Shown piece after piece: positions 1 through 13,581 of a DNA stretch of 64,000 bases. This DNA comes from Neoechinorhynchus agilis (Eukaryota > Animalia > Acanthocephala): positions 4,248,389 to 4,312,388 of the forward strand of contig CM121343.1 in the NCBI GenBank assembly GCA_051530055.1, read 5' to 3'. A program made the position numbers and the translations under genes. The notes under the pieces were generated by a model. That model saw only the letters and a program-made list of their open reading frames with translations. It was not told where the DNA came from and did no database searches. How positions within the stretch are numbered: position 1 is the first letter of the stretch; every line of letters begins with the position of its first letter.

Positions 1-2
1 TT

Positions 3-3000
3 GCACAATTGTTATCCGTTAAGATTGGAGATCCGAGAACAGATTCAATGGAAAGCGGATTATCGCTCGCCCGCGGTATCAGTCTATGCATTGATAGAAA
101 AGTAGACATCATTAACCTTAGTTATGGCGAAACTGCTATTGTTATGAACTCTGATTCTGTCCTACAAACGCTTGTTACTAAGGCAGTTAGAGAACATGGT
201 ATCGTCTTTGTAAGTAGTAGTGGAAATGCTGGACCCGCATTATCTACTGTAGGCGCTCCTGGTGGATGTTTCAATGATGTCCTAGGTGTTGGAGCATATT
301 TAACCGAAAGGATAGCCAAGAAAACGTTCAATTTATATCACAAAGTCCCTTCTATGCTATATCATTTCTCTAGTCGTGGACCAACCACGGATGGTTACAT
401 AGGACCTGCGATCTGCGCTCCTGGATCAGCCATTTCAGGAATTCCGAATTGGAAATTGGCTTGCACTCAGTTGATGAGCGGGACAAGCATGAGCTCACCG
501 AATGCTGCAGGTTGCATCGCATTGCTTATTTCCGGTTTAAAGTTCAAAAATGTCCCATACACTCCAATTTCAATATCACGATCGCTTAAAGCCACTGCGC
601 TAGTTGTACCACAAATGGACCCTTTCGCTAGCGGCAAGGGACTTATACAAGTATGTGACGCTTTTGAGCATCATTTACGCACACCGAGCGATCTTCTCGA
701 TGTTGGATTTGACATTTCTGTTGAACCAACCGTTAAAACAGATTATAATTCCGCTCAGGTTGGAGGAAGGGGAATTTATATTAAAAATGCACACTGCCAT
801 TTATCACCGCTACATTATTCGGTCAGTTTAAGACCATGTTTTTATTCAAAATGTTCCATGGATGATAATGAATCATCAATCAAGCGAATGATCGCTTTTT
901 CTGAGGAAGTTCATATAAAATCGAATGTAAGTTGGATAAAATGTCCGGAGAGGATCATCGTAATGAATGACCGAAGTCGCTTTGAGATAGAAATTGATTT
1001 GAAGACATGCCTGGACGGTGTAAATCTTGGCGAGGTAAATCTGTGTATAATGGATAGACCGGAAATAGGAATACTAAAATCGATCCCTGTAACTGTTGTT
1101 GTACCTTTGCCTTTAGAAAGTTTGGAATTTACTTTGTTTGAAAATGAAACTTTTCACGTCGGAAAAGTAATTCGAAATTTTATCGCCGTACCATCTTTTA
1201 TAAAGAATATTATAATGCGATTTTCGCCTTTGCAACAACATACTGGATCCACTTATCCTCATACAACACAATTCACAACTCACGCTCAATTTCACCATCC
1301 ATCGCAACGCTCGGTTGGAACCTATATGAAGAAGTCCTTCTGTGTAAAAATGGCTTGTACAAGATACCATGATTTTTGCATTACAATCCCATTCACTCCC
1401 GTTGTCATTGAAATCTGCGTTGCAAGAAATTGGAATTGGAGTCATGTTGAGGCAAGTGGATTGAAGTGCTCAATATTAGCATCAAGTTTAAGGGCAGTAT
1501 CAAGTCCAGTAATCCTGTACTCTAGTTCAACCTTCCCATCTTTCGATATTGCCACCGGTGATCTTATTCACAAGCAACCATCCAATGATAATGACATCAA
1601 ACAATTCACGGAGACAAATAACAAAGCATATTTTAGCATAGAATGGATTTGGATGTATACCCCATTAGTACCTATTGACGCAATAATCCGTCCTGCCGTA
1701 AAATTGACAGAAGCTCTTGAATCGATTCGTTACTTTTACGAACTTTGCTTGGAATATAATTTACAAGTTGTAAGTTTTCCTTTAATTTGTTGTTTGACGC
1801 TGACAATCATAGTTATAGCATAGAGACAAGAGCGAAGTATCCATTGAAGTACCCACGATTAGCAGCTACCTATATGATTCCGATTTCTTGTCTCAGTCGT
1901 TTATTATTCTAGATTCTACAAAACAAATCGTCCACTGTGGGGATGTGCTTGCTGCGGTAAGTAATCATTCCTACCTTTTCCTTTTAAGCATTTTTTCCTT
2001 TTAGAGCAAGACGAAGCTGTGTGAGGGTGAATACCGGGTACAAGTTACTCTTGTTCATGGCGATATATCCGTATTGGATGGTCTGAGGAATCTATCCGTC
2101 CATGCTCGACAAAGTGTATCCTCAGACATGTCTCCTCGTTTTGAGTATTATCTAAGCGCTATGCATGCTGTGGCTCAACAGAATAAAGTGAATCCCATAG
2201 CATTTGGACTTTGCGGCGTTACAAGTGTTTTTCTAAGAAAGCTCGTCAACGAAAAGTATGCCATTTCTGATATAATTTTTGGATCACGATCGTACTTCTT
2301 ATGTAAGACTATCGGAAAACATAAGTGCCGGATCAATTTTCAAGGGCGTTTTACGTGCACAGTGCCAACAGTCGTCATTTAGTAGTCTATCGTTGGTACG
2401 TTTGTCTTTGGTGTGATTTATAAGAAGAATATTGGATTTTTAAGCAATTAGCCGATGTTGAATACATTGTTACATGTAATGCCAAGAAATCGGATCCTTC
2501 ATTAGATGATGACTATCTAAACAACGATCTTGCCAGAGCTCAGTATATTACCATAACTCGGTTCGTTAATCTTTATCTCTGAAAAGCATTGTGCAACCAG
2601 ATTAATTGATTAGCACTACCGATGATGACCTAGTCAAAGATATTGAGAAAAGATGTTCAAATGATACATCCCTTATGTTGGGATTTTTGAGTCGATACTT
2701 TGCAGATTTTCAAAAATCGAATACATCTGAACTGCGAAACAAGGCTTTGGTGTTGGCTGATTCCATAGTTGCATTAATCGATACTGATAAGTTTCGCCAA
2801 AGGGTGCTAGCTCTTAAATATGACGATTTAACAATGGTAAAGTGTGTATCTTCAGCTCGTCGCATGACTTTCTCCTTTAATATTTCTGTATTTCAGAGAA
2901 ACAAATAATCTTAAATCTAGACTTGTAAGAACATTGCTTATCAAAGCAAGCATTCTTATTAACCAAAAGGATGAAGATTTTCACGGTCACATTCAAAACG

Positions 3001-3327
3001 ACAAAAGTGATGAGTTAACTAATGTTTTCAAAATGCTTCAATTGTACGGAACAAATATCGAAACGAATCTTTTGGTTAGTGTCTAGTTGTTATTTGGTCA
3101 CACTACGTTTCTCGTATTGTTCAGACTAGGAAATTCGTTGGTCAATATTACTGGATACGGTCCCGCCTTGGAAAAGCACTGTCAGTTCTGAAGATTTGTG
3201 ACAACGAGAAAGTTGTCTGTGAATGGATAAGGATGATATATGAGGAATTAGGCTGGACTCGCCTAGCAAAAATGTATGAAGGAGTGATGATAAGGCGCTT
3301 CTTGGTACGCAGTTAAAAACATTTTAA
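3..3327 (+). CDS. TPP2: Tripeptidyl-peptidase II (subtilisin S8 family), 5'-partial, spliced
   Basis: The ORF has AQLLSVKIGD, SSGNAGP, SSRGPT and the catalytic GTSMSSP motif. Short GT-AG introns (1770-1818, 1957-2004, about 2302-2344 and more) join exons reading YLYDSDFLSQSFIILD, GEYRVQVTLVH and finally ELGWTRL...LKTF-stop at 3327, with AATAAA right after. Confidence 0.93.
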
Positions 3328-3534
3328 ACAATAAAGCGATATGTGATTAGCGATCGTTCTAGATCCGATGCTTAAATGTTTACCTTTGAAAGTGCAAGTC
3401 TTCGCTATTTTGTAAAAGTGCAATTAGATAACGCGATGTCGATTTCCTTGTACTGAAGATACTCTCAAGTTTCTTGGATTGTATTTGGGGGGAATGAAAT
3501 TATTAATTGTTCTGGCACAACTTTACTCTTCCCC

Positions 3535-4028
3535 GATATTAATTGATTTATCATAAGTTTTCTCGACCGCATGCGGTTCTCTTCAGACGTCTATAAAAAT
3601 GCGTTTTAGATTAATTGGTGCTTACATGACTGAACTCAAGTCAGAACATTTTCCAATCAGAACTCGAATGTTCATGAAAACCCAAAGGTACATGGGTCCT
3701 CTTCTTTGTGAATCAACAAAACGTGTTATTATTATAAGTCCCCGGGGTCGTGAAACCCGAAAGGGATCTCACACTTAGTTGAGTGTTGGTAAGCTTGATG
3801 CTATCTCTTGGAATTCTCAGATTGCAAGACGGCGTATTACCCATCTGAAGATTCCAAGAGATAAGCAACACTCAAGGAAGTGTGAGATCACTTTCTGGCT
3901 TCACGACCCCGGGTACCTGAGTTCCTTTCATGTAAGAACCAATTAATAACTTAAGACCATATTGTAGATATCTGAAGAGGACCGCATACGGCGGTCGAAC
4001 AAATTTACAATAAATCAATTAATAATAA
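3535..4028. repeat. ~500-bp imperfect foldback (diverged inverted repeat) with a degenerate hammerhead-like core in each arm
   Basis: Blocks in 3535-3830 match the reverse complement of 3840-4028 (ATTAATTGATTTA, TCGACCGC, CTCTTCAGA, ATTAATTGGT, CCCGGGGTCGTGAA, GATCTCACACTT, TTGAGTGTTG, TATCTCTTGGAAT). The left arm has an extra ~95-bp insertion. Confidence 0.85.
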
Positions 4029-4489
4029 ATCTAACAAAAAACTGCTTGTATTCGATTGGATCGAAAATCCTTAAACTGTGCTTCTGTTTCGATCACAACG
4101 AATCCCAAATATTTCAAATAAAACTGGACTAATCTATAGGAAACGGTAGCGCCTTACATTACCAAAAAGGCTTTTCACCACTTAAGAAGGTTACTTGATA
4201 ATTGAGCTTCAGTAACGCTTGCCTTGATTGTTTTGTGGGTGCTAAAATACGAATTAAGATAAAACCGCTTAAAATCAATATTAGTGGCCGAATAATGGCC
4301 TTATGATGTTGTGTAGACACAATCATTCACATTTAATCACAAGGACTCTCTACCTGTATGTGTGAGCGTGTATTTGAAAATAGACTTTATGGCAATTAAC
4401 ATTGATTTTTAAAACTCTGTAAGTGTGTGTGTGTGTTGGTCGGTGCCTCACAAAATCCTTTATCTTTTCTGATATTATGTATTTTGGGA

Positions 4490-7400
4490 TCAATTAGTAG
4501 TTGTCCAATATTTTAGCATACATGACAATAGTGAAGCCACGATGACAAAAAGCATCGCTGCGAACGCTCCACTTATCCTATGATTCGTAAGTGACATCAA
4601 CCATTCAACAATACCAAACGGGCCTAACTGTCCAGGATTCGGAGATGCCGGCGCTAGTGTCATGAACTGCGTTGATGCACTCGGCTTGGAATACAACTCA
4701 GTGGTAGAAACTTGACGTATGGCCAATAAATTGAGTTTGTAAACCGTATTTGGCTTAAGGCCTTTAAATCTATATTCAAGATCATCGGTAATCTGAACGC
4801 GTGTTTCCCGGCCAGAAGTAAGTATCAATTGATACCGAAACCGGCAATTGGAACCCTGATTGAACGGTGTTGTTTTTCGCTCAATTGAATCTAATAAAGA
4901 TTGTTCCTGAGATATTGCAGTACTGGCCAAAGGTGAACCCCCGTCGCTCATTACGGCAGCCTGGGTCCAGTACACATAGCAAGAACTCGTATCGACTAAC
5001 TTCAAACGTGGAGCTACAAAAAGTAAAGGTTAATTAAAGAGATTTACATTTAAACCGAACGTACCACTCATCACTTCAGGCGGGCTGTATGGAGTCCAAA
5101 CGGATAGTTCTTCACCACATTCACCTCGTCCATGACTTTTGCATGAGCTTAGGGCTCTAAATAGGTACTGGGTGTTTTCTTGCAGTCGAAATACTTTACA
5201 TGAACATTTTGTCCCGCAATAAGCAGTGCGCCATTGGGTTTGTTGCACGCTATTAACACAAGAAACCTCAATGTTGTAGTTGACAGCGGAACAGCATACT
5301 ACTTTAGGAGGAAACCATTTGAGTTTAAGAGAGCTAACACCCACTGGTCCAACTCTTTGCAAGCCGGAAGGGGCAAGAGGTGGCATAGGCGTTGCATGTG
5401 CACCATCGATTGATATTGATTTACCCTGTCCGATTTGGTTAATTGCACAAACTTCAACTGTATAGGTTTTACCCGGCTCTAAGCCAAGCGCGTTGTAGAC
5501 TTTGGTATCGGGCTCGATTCGAAACTCCTTTTCAACAACATCTTCATCTTTTAATCGAATCAAAATAGCCACGATTGCGGAGCCGTTTGATCGAACGTTC
5601 GATCCAAACTGAATTTCCAATGATCCTGGTTGAGCAGCCTTTGACCATCGAACTTTACTAATCACATCCGGAACTGTGGCTGAAGTTACATACCTAAATC
5701 GGGTTTTGGACCGACTGCTGCATACAACGCGGGTTGAATCATGATATCCCGTAATAATGAGTGATTCGACTCTAAATTCGTACTCAGTACATGGCTCCAA
5801 ATCACAATTGAAGAGTGGTAAATGCCCAGCATAAAGGAAGCTCTCCTCGTTTGCATCATTACTATTGATGACTAGTGATGTGAGCCGATATTCCTGTCGA
5901 TGATCGGGCAGTAATTGAGTTGACAGTAGTTGGTCATTGTGACCAAAATCCGTCCAGGAAATAAGAGCTCGCACAGTAGGATGGTCTTTTGGCTCGTCTG
6001 ATGATATTGCATCGATTTCTGTCACCGTGATCTCTTTAGGTGGTTCTAATTGATAACCGGTGAGGAAGCGAATTCGGCGTGGAAATGTTTCGGTAGCAAA
6101 GACAAACGCAACATATTCAGTTGCTTGCTGCAGTCCACTTATTCGTACAGTTTGTTCATCGGGACTCCATTCGTAACTCATATCAACCGCTTTTTCCATA
6201 TCATCCTGATCCCGCAATTTTCTTACTTCGATCCTACACGGTTTATCCTGAAATTCGCGTTCATTTGCAGCCGGAACTGGAAATTGTATAGCAATTATAC
6301 ATCCGTCGCTGGTAGCATCGACACATTTACAATCTATGCGCATATAGTCTTCAATTTGGATAATGTCAGCTTCAGAAGTAATTTCTGTTTCATTTCTGAT
6401 CAACACCGATCGTATCTCAATCCATGAAATATATATTCCGGTGTCAATGGAATAACTTGTTTTTGTAGTACGCCCAAGGTTTCGGAAATTTGTAGGACTT
6501 TCAATATTACTACATATGTTAATGATATATTCAATCTCAGCCAAGTTAGTACCTTCGTCTTCATTTTTGTCCCAAGTGAGCATCGTGCCTACAAGTTTGA
6601 TGTTTTGAGGCTTCCATTTGGAAATAATATCGTTTTCGTAGTCTCCAAGATGGATTCTAATCGGCAATGACCAATCGCTCATGGATATATTATTAGAAGT
6701 TCCCAGTCGGACATCGTATGCATGATAAGGCTTTAGATCCGTTATCGTACATGATGTTTGATCGCCTGCATAGACCGTATCAAATCTGTCAGTCTCTTCA
6801 ACGTCTTGCAATTGGATATAGAAAAACGAGTCGGATTCTCTTCTGGTCCATTTTACTTGCACTCCAACATTATCCGCGAGTTCTTGCACAACGGGTGGAT
6901 CAGGCGTGCGAATGAATAGACGAGGGAGATCTATCGTAAGCGGTACAGAGAACGGACTTGGTCCAACTTCATTGAACGCTCGGATCCGCACATAATATAA
7001 CTGATCGATATCGAGATTTTGCTTTATCTCATAGGTTGTACTGTTTGTCATATCCAGCCGCTTGTAATCGTTGGGGAGTTCGTTCTATAGGAAAAGATAA
7101 AGGCCGAAGAGCGATTAACAAAAGAAAACCTCAATACTAACCGAACTCATTTGCAATTCATAATGTGTCACCTTGGAACCATTATCAAAAGCTTCCTTAA
7201 GAAATAATCGATTATCTTAAATATTTTTTCAAACTAAACGAGCATACCTCCCAATCAATTATATAAGAATTAGGTGCAACTGAAACTAGTTGCACGCTCT
7301 CGGGAGCCTTCGGTCCTGCGATTCCAGTTTTGACTTCAATGTAAGCATATCGAGTGCCCTTTACTAAGTACTCGACAAATTGTCTATTCCGTAAAGCAGA

Positions 7401-8706
7401 CGTTGGAGAACCGCACTTTCCATCGCGACATGGAACTCCAAATCCATTAAGAACTCTTAACCTATATACGGTATTCGGATACAGCTGTACAATATTTATA
7501 GTGGACGAAGTTCCTCTAGAATTTGATATTTCATAAAGTAAATCAACAAAAATTTGCATACCTGTAGATCTCTCTGTAAAAAATGCCGTTTTCGTCAAAC
7601 TCGCCGTGGTCATGACGGTAGTCCATTTTGGCGAAGTTCATGCCTACAGAATAAATCGGAGCTAGATTATATCGCTGCAGTAACTCAATCACCGGAGTCT
7701 GGTGCCTTAGCCGTCGAAATTTAACAACCATTTTCTTATCTTCTTTAATCAGCATCACTTTTGGGCATGAAATTCGATTTGCTTCCCGAAGCAACAACCT
7801 CCGCTCTGCAGTGGTCAAGCAGCACTCAAGGTCTTCACAGTCCTCACCGTAAAGCAATTCACCAGTTCCGCTTTCTACGGTGTCAGCCGTTGTGGATTCT
7901 TCGATGTTATCAAAACTCTCATGCTGCCCAGCAGGTACGGGCATCATTATGGGTGTAAGTTGATCATGAGTATGTTGATAAATCCTCCTCGACTCTGAGC
8001 CAGGCGAATTAAATAATCTGGCTATGCAGATTGCACAGTAGCAAGGTGAAACAACAGGCAATGAATGAGTGTATGCCGGAGACATTTTGACAGTGGCCGG
8101 TCCAACCACCTCCTTGATTTGTCCACCAACCTCAACGTGAAAGTTCTGACCATCATTTACATTAACAAAAACGGTGGTATGTGTTGGAGGACACTGTAGA
8201 AGATGAGGCTGCTGCTGCGGCTCAATAAGTCGATCTGTGCCGCTTATTTCTACACCAGCTTGATTATCGGTCACTACAGTAGATGGAGTAAGTACAGCAG
8301 TATTTGAAGGCATCACATGGGGCATTAATATTGTTGGTCCAAACGGGAGTGTTGATCGGTTTGTGTGTGCCAAATATGGCTGTAGATGCAGGTAATTGTA
8401 GGTGGCGGCGATCAAATTGTGTTGTGCGGTGGTTGGCCAATAGGTCGGTGGAGATGTTGCGAAATTCTGCCCATAACCACTCATTAGAGGGATGGAAAGA
8501 TGATTCGCTTGGATGGGAGGCATTGCGGACCGAAACAAGAGATGTTTCATAACGTTAACATTGGAAATAATGTCATTTTCTTGTCCATTTGTTGGGGATA
8601 TGTCCTCAGGTCCGTCTTTTACTGGCTCATCCATTACACCTGGTGAAGGCGTTGGAAGCCTTAATTCCTGATCGTGGCCGACCTTATAACTCTTGTCCGT
8701 TGTCAT
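4490..8706 (-). CDS. FNDC3: FNDC3-like (miles-to-go) tail-anchored fibronectin type III repeat protein, spliced
   Basis: The Pro-rich N-terminus contains VFVNVNDGQNFHVEVGGQIKEVVGPATVKMSP. Multiple FN3 repeats follow (YYVRIRAFNEVGPSPFS, YTVEVCAINQIGQG, YLFRALS), then a C-terminal TM helix (AFAAMLFVIVASLLSCML). Short GT-AG introns link ORFs 7543-8718, 7212-7613, 5030-7051 and 4490-5005. Confidence 0.88.
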
Positions 8707-8914
8707 TATGTACCACAACCAATTTTAGTTTATCTAGAAAAAAATTTAAAGACCCAATAGCGGTGAGTGGGAGTAATCTTTGAAAACATGAGAACCGTTT
8801 ATTTGAATTCATTTTTGTGTGTGTGTGTGCGTACCTAAAAGCGACCATTAATCCACGCGCATACACAAAATCACTTTGAGGTGCACAGTTCAATTTTGTT
8901 GATCGAATATACAA

Positions 8915-10225
8915 ACAGTGCGATTTAAATGCTCTATTTAATCCCAATGAGAAAATCTAAGACTTAATCTGTAAAACAGTTGGCCTATGTTTTTGGACTA
9001 AAATAGAAAGTTAGTTTTACTAACCATGGGATTTAAATGATTCTCAAAAAGTAGTTTTACTAACGGGATTTAAAGATTTCAATAGAAAGTGCGATTTAAA
9101 TACTCTATTTAATCCCAATGAGAAAATCTAGGACTTAATCTGAAAACAGTTGGCCTATGTTTTTGGACTAAAATAGAAAGTTAGTTTTACTAACCGGGAT
9201 TTAAAGATTTCAATAGAAAGTGCGATTTAAATACTCTATTTAATCCCAATGAGAAAATCTAGGACTTAATCTGAAAACAGTTGGCCTATGTTTTTGGACT
9301 AAAATAGAAAGTTAGTTTTACTAACCATGGGATTTAAATGATTCTCAATAGAAAGTGCGATTTAAATACTCTATTTAATCCCAATGAGAAAATCTAGGAC
9401 TTAATCTGAAAACAGTTGGCCTATGTTTTTGGACTAAAATAGAAAGTTAGTTTTACTAACCATGGGATTTAAATGATTCTCAATAGAAAGTGCGATTTAA
9501 ATACTCTATTTAATCCCAATGAGAAAATCTAGGACTTAATCTGAAAACAGTTGGCCTATGTTTTTGGACTAAAATAGAAAGTTAGTTTTACTAACCGGCG
9601 ATTTAAAAGATTTTCAATAGAAAGTGCGATTTAAATACTCTATTTAATCCCAATGAGAAAATCTAGGACTTAATCTGAAAACAGTTGGCCTATGTTTTTG
9701 GACTAAAATAGAAAGTAACAGTTGGCCTATGTTTTTGGACTAAAATAGAAAGTTAGTTTTACTAACGGTGGATTTAAATGATTCTCAATAGAAAGTGCGA
9801 TTTAAATGCTCTATTTAATCCCAATGAGAAAATCTAGGACTTAATCGGTACAACAGTGGGCCAGTGTTTTTGGACTAAAATAGAAAGTTAGTTTTACTAA
9901 CCGGCGATTTAAAAGATTTTCAATAGAAAGTGCGATTTAAATGCTCTATTTAATCCCAATGAGAAAATCTAGGACTTAATCTGAAAACAGTTGGCCTATG
10001 TTTTTGGACTAAAATAGAAAGTTAGTTTTACTAACGGGGGATTTAAATGATTATCAATAGAAAGTGCGATTTAATTACTCCATTTAATCCCAACGAGAAA
10101 ATCTAGGATTTAATCGGTACAACAGCTGGCCAGTGTTTTTGGACTAAAATAGAAAGTTAGTTTTACTACCGGGGGATTTAAATGATTTTCAATAGAAAGT
10201 GCGATTAAAATGCTCTATAAAAACC
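8915..10225. repeat. Tandem satellite, ~135-bp unit, ~10 copies
   Basis: GTGCGATTTAAAT recurs at 9089, 9220, 9355, 9490, 9624, 9795, 9930, 10064 and (variant) 10199. Spacing is 131-135 bp, longer where a unit is partly duplicated. Confidence 0.95.
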
Positions 10226-13134
10226 CAACATCCGATAGTGACCGTAGGTTACCGCTCAGAAAATTTGGGATAAATAGTGAATGCACTATGCGGTAATGTA
10301 AATGTACTCCAAAGAAGCCTGAGCCATAAACGCCTTGGTAAATACTGAGAATGTCTATTAGTGCAACTGAAGGAATCTGACGCACTGCTGCGTCTTTGGC
10401 AGCAACTGAAACACACCAACACGGATGGTGGCTTTTGTGTTTGTGTGCATAATCGGTAGTGATCGGTGCCCCAGCTCGGTTGACTGTAGAACCGTGTTTG
10501 AAGCTTTATAATGATTTGTTTTTCTGAAGTATTTCGGGAGCTTCCAACAAAGTCTTTATGGGTTGGTTTGATCCATTCATGAAACAGTGTTCATCGATCA
10601 ATCCTATCATGAAATAGGTCTTCTTGAACGTGTCGAACTGTATCTTTTTGATTTACATCAACAATCTACATTTGCGCGTTTATATTCTCGGCTCCGATAC
10701 TGCAGTGTTAACAAACAGAAATCTATTGATCTTCATAATGTTGATGAAATAATATTTATTCGGAGGGTTCAATTATATATATATGAGTCGGAAATAAATC
10801 TCCCAAAATTGCAGTGGACCATAAACGACCAACTCGTTCAATTTGTCTAAAATCTCGTCTATACAAACCCTGAAAGGTCCTGAGAATAGGAAGCTCTACG
10901 TGACTTACAACAATTATGTGTGCCAACACTTCATCCGCAAGGATAATAGGCATACTGCAGACGTCTGCGGATCTGGTTGGCAACGACTCTATCGCAGGTT
11001 CTGCGAATACATAACGTTTTTTAGCTGCTCAATCTTTTTGATTCTAATACTTCTTTTCCACTTCCAATAATGGCTAACTACCATCTCGGCATCCACCAAG
11101 CACTAACACATTTAGAAAAACAATGCAATTTGTAAATAAAAGATTTATTTAAGTTTGGCTGTTCAACATCAGGAGTCCACTATTTAATAGTATTACGAAA
11201 CTCGAAAGCCTTAACCTAATCCAGTTCTTATCCAATGCGATAGCCTCATAGATGTAAACTAGCATTGCGATTCCAAGATGTCATTTGGATTCATGTCAGC
11301 TTTTCAAATTGAATAAAAATGATACACAGTTACATTTCAACACTTTAAATGCCTTCAGTGGTCTTTGGATAAAAACATCTTCAACTATTGGTCAACCATT
11401 CAATGTTGCTCACTTTTAAAACAAAAATGGATATTCCGCCAAGATAGCAATAGCCTTAAACTGAAACCTCGCGCGAAAATGGATATTTAATACTAAGATA
11501 GACCAAACTTTTCCTCGACGCATTCGATTTTTAGCTTGTTGAATCCAAAATCCAATGTCGTAATTTTCAAACGAGAAGGACATTCTATAAAATATGCCAA
11601 AAATGCTGCACCACGCAAATAAATATAAGGTTAAAAATCATTTTATTGTACTGAAATATTTCGAAAGAGAAACCTCACAAAATAATTTTAACCGTGATTA
11701 TCTTCACCATAGGTAAAAATTTGCCATCCCGATGGATTTTATAGTTGTGAGAATAACAAATGGTGGGTGCTTAATATAATGGTGAGCTTTGGAGTCAAAC
11801 CGCTTTGTCAACTGCAACTTTTCTTCGTATACCTTTCGATGGCGAGATAAGTAAAAGAAGTGTTCATACCGCTCATGTAGGCTGATATATAAAATTTGGA
11901 AAGAGATTTTACACAGCAGTGAAATGGAGACGAGATTTACTGGTTAATAAATCTGCTGAATGTCGTCCAAGTGAATCTTTCATTTGTAAAACGAAAGGAA
12001 GTGTTTTCGAGAATTGTTATTCGGATACTACCACAGCGTGTTCAATGTAGTTTTTTAAGTATGCAAATGGGTAACAATGAGTATAGAGGGAAAATCGACT
12101 CGGACGACGACTTGCAGCACAAACAGGGTAGCGACGCGAGAGGTTTTTCCTGATCCAAAGAATAAGCCTCGCAATCCAACGAGGAAATGCGGTCAGCGTC
12201 CGGGGGACGATTTAATTAAATTTTATATTATTTAAAAAATTCAAAAATACTATCATTTTTCTAAACAAAATCGTATAAACTGTCATTTAAAATGTATGCG
12301 CAAAAGGTAGATTGTGAAAATAAACAATACATCGTAAAAAGCTACTTCTCATAGATTCGATTTTCTTCAGAATTTAAAAAAGGTCATTTTAAAGTCAAAT
12401 GATGTAAAATCTTCTTTGACTAGCAAAGAACACCAAAATCTAATTGGATTAATTCAAGGTGTGATTAAATGAGAGAAAATGAAAAATCAAATCGTATCGG
12501 TCCGTTAAAGGTTGAAGCAATCACCTGAAGGTTTTTGACCGTCTTATTTTGTCTCAAAGAGGAGATAGATTGCTTCTGAGATGAACTCATAAAATGCGTC
12601 AACTTGAAAAATCTGATTAAGACGCCATAACAATTCAGAATCTAAATGGGAAAGTAAACGTGTAAGTTGAAAAGAGCAGTGATTTCAGATTGAGAACTCC
12701 ATGGACTGACGATAAATATTATTTCATCGAATATTGGTTCATTGTCATTCCAATAGACATACACGAATATAAAGCCTTACACTAACAACGCTCATGCCTC
12801 AAATGCGCGTTTTGTAACAATGAGTAAAGCTAGTTTAATGATTTCACTCATGGCGGTCTTGTGAAAAACTCGGAATGCCGTCGGTGCCAGCCGAAGAACA
12901 TAAACCACATTTATGAATTCATTTTGATGCTACATTTCAGGAATATTTCTAATTCTCCATAAAAGAAAATATGCGTTCTAAAATTAAAACCTAAATTTGT
13001 TCACTTTTCTCGTGCATTGAATTTCGAGTTAACCTAAAAGCCCAAAAAAGAAATTGAAGCAATTCGTAATTTTCGAAACAACGACGTTTGAAGATTTTTG
13101 AAATTCAATCAATCTTCATTTCTCGACAATTAAC

Positions 13135-13400
13135 ACACTCACCACCTCCCGCCGAATTCCAGCTTTTGTCCTTCCTCGACCGTCGCCATCATGCTGGCAG
13201 CATTGCCCCGTTGTACTGCCAGCGAGATATTTTGGCCTCTCTCAATTTCTTCGAGAGATCCTGGAGCAGAGAGAGTGCCGAGCGCTCCATACGTCTCTAC
13301 CCCAAATGGGACAAAATAGTTAGCCCTCGATAAGTGAAGATATTTCCGTATTTTCCTCCCTTCCGCTGCACTGGCGGCACCACCGGCGATTTCGAGGGTA
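13135..13400 (-). mobile_element. CRE-clade non-LTR retrotransposon 3' fragment (restriction-like endonuclease C-terminus)
   Basis: Translates as GGAASAAEGRKIRKY...YFVPFGVETYGALG...QNISLAVQRGNAASM. It is nucleotide-similar to 27180-27352 with an internal deletion. Confidence 0.8.
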
Positions 13401-13581
13401 AACTTGATTGGGATCTTTCGATTTATATGCAACCGAAAAGAAGCTCTTAAAACCATTGCGGTTAACGCTTGAATCGCGATACTTTGCTTTTGAGTTGAAG
13501 TCAGAAGACTAAAATGACAAAGATTAATTGTTTTGCTTGAATTTAATAGTTGTTGCAAAGAAGTTGTTTTCGTGGATTTAT

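Noticed and set aside
3885-3906. bantam-like seed TGAGATCA in the 3' arm of the long foldback
   Set aside because: Only the 8-mer matches, and the hairpin is far longer than a pre-miRNA.
10300-11080. Long frames broken only by occasional stops (possible recoding or decayed gene)
   Set aside because: Conserved genes in the window end normally at TAA/TGA and no homology was recognisable; left unannotated.
12050-12210. GC-richer island, possibly another retroelement fragment
   Set aside because: No frame gave a convincing motif.
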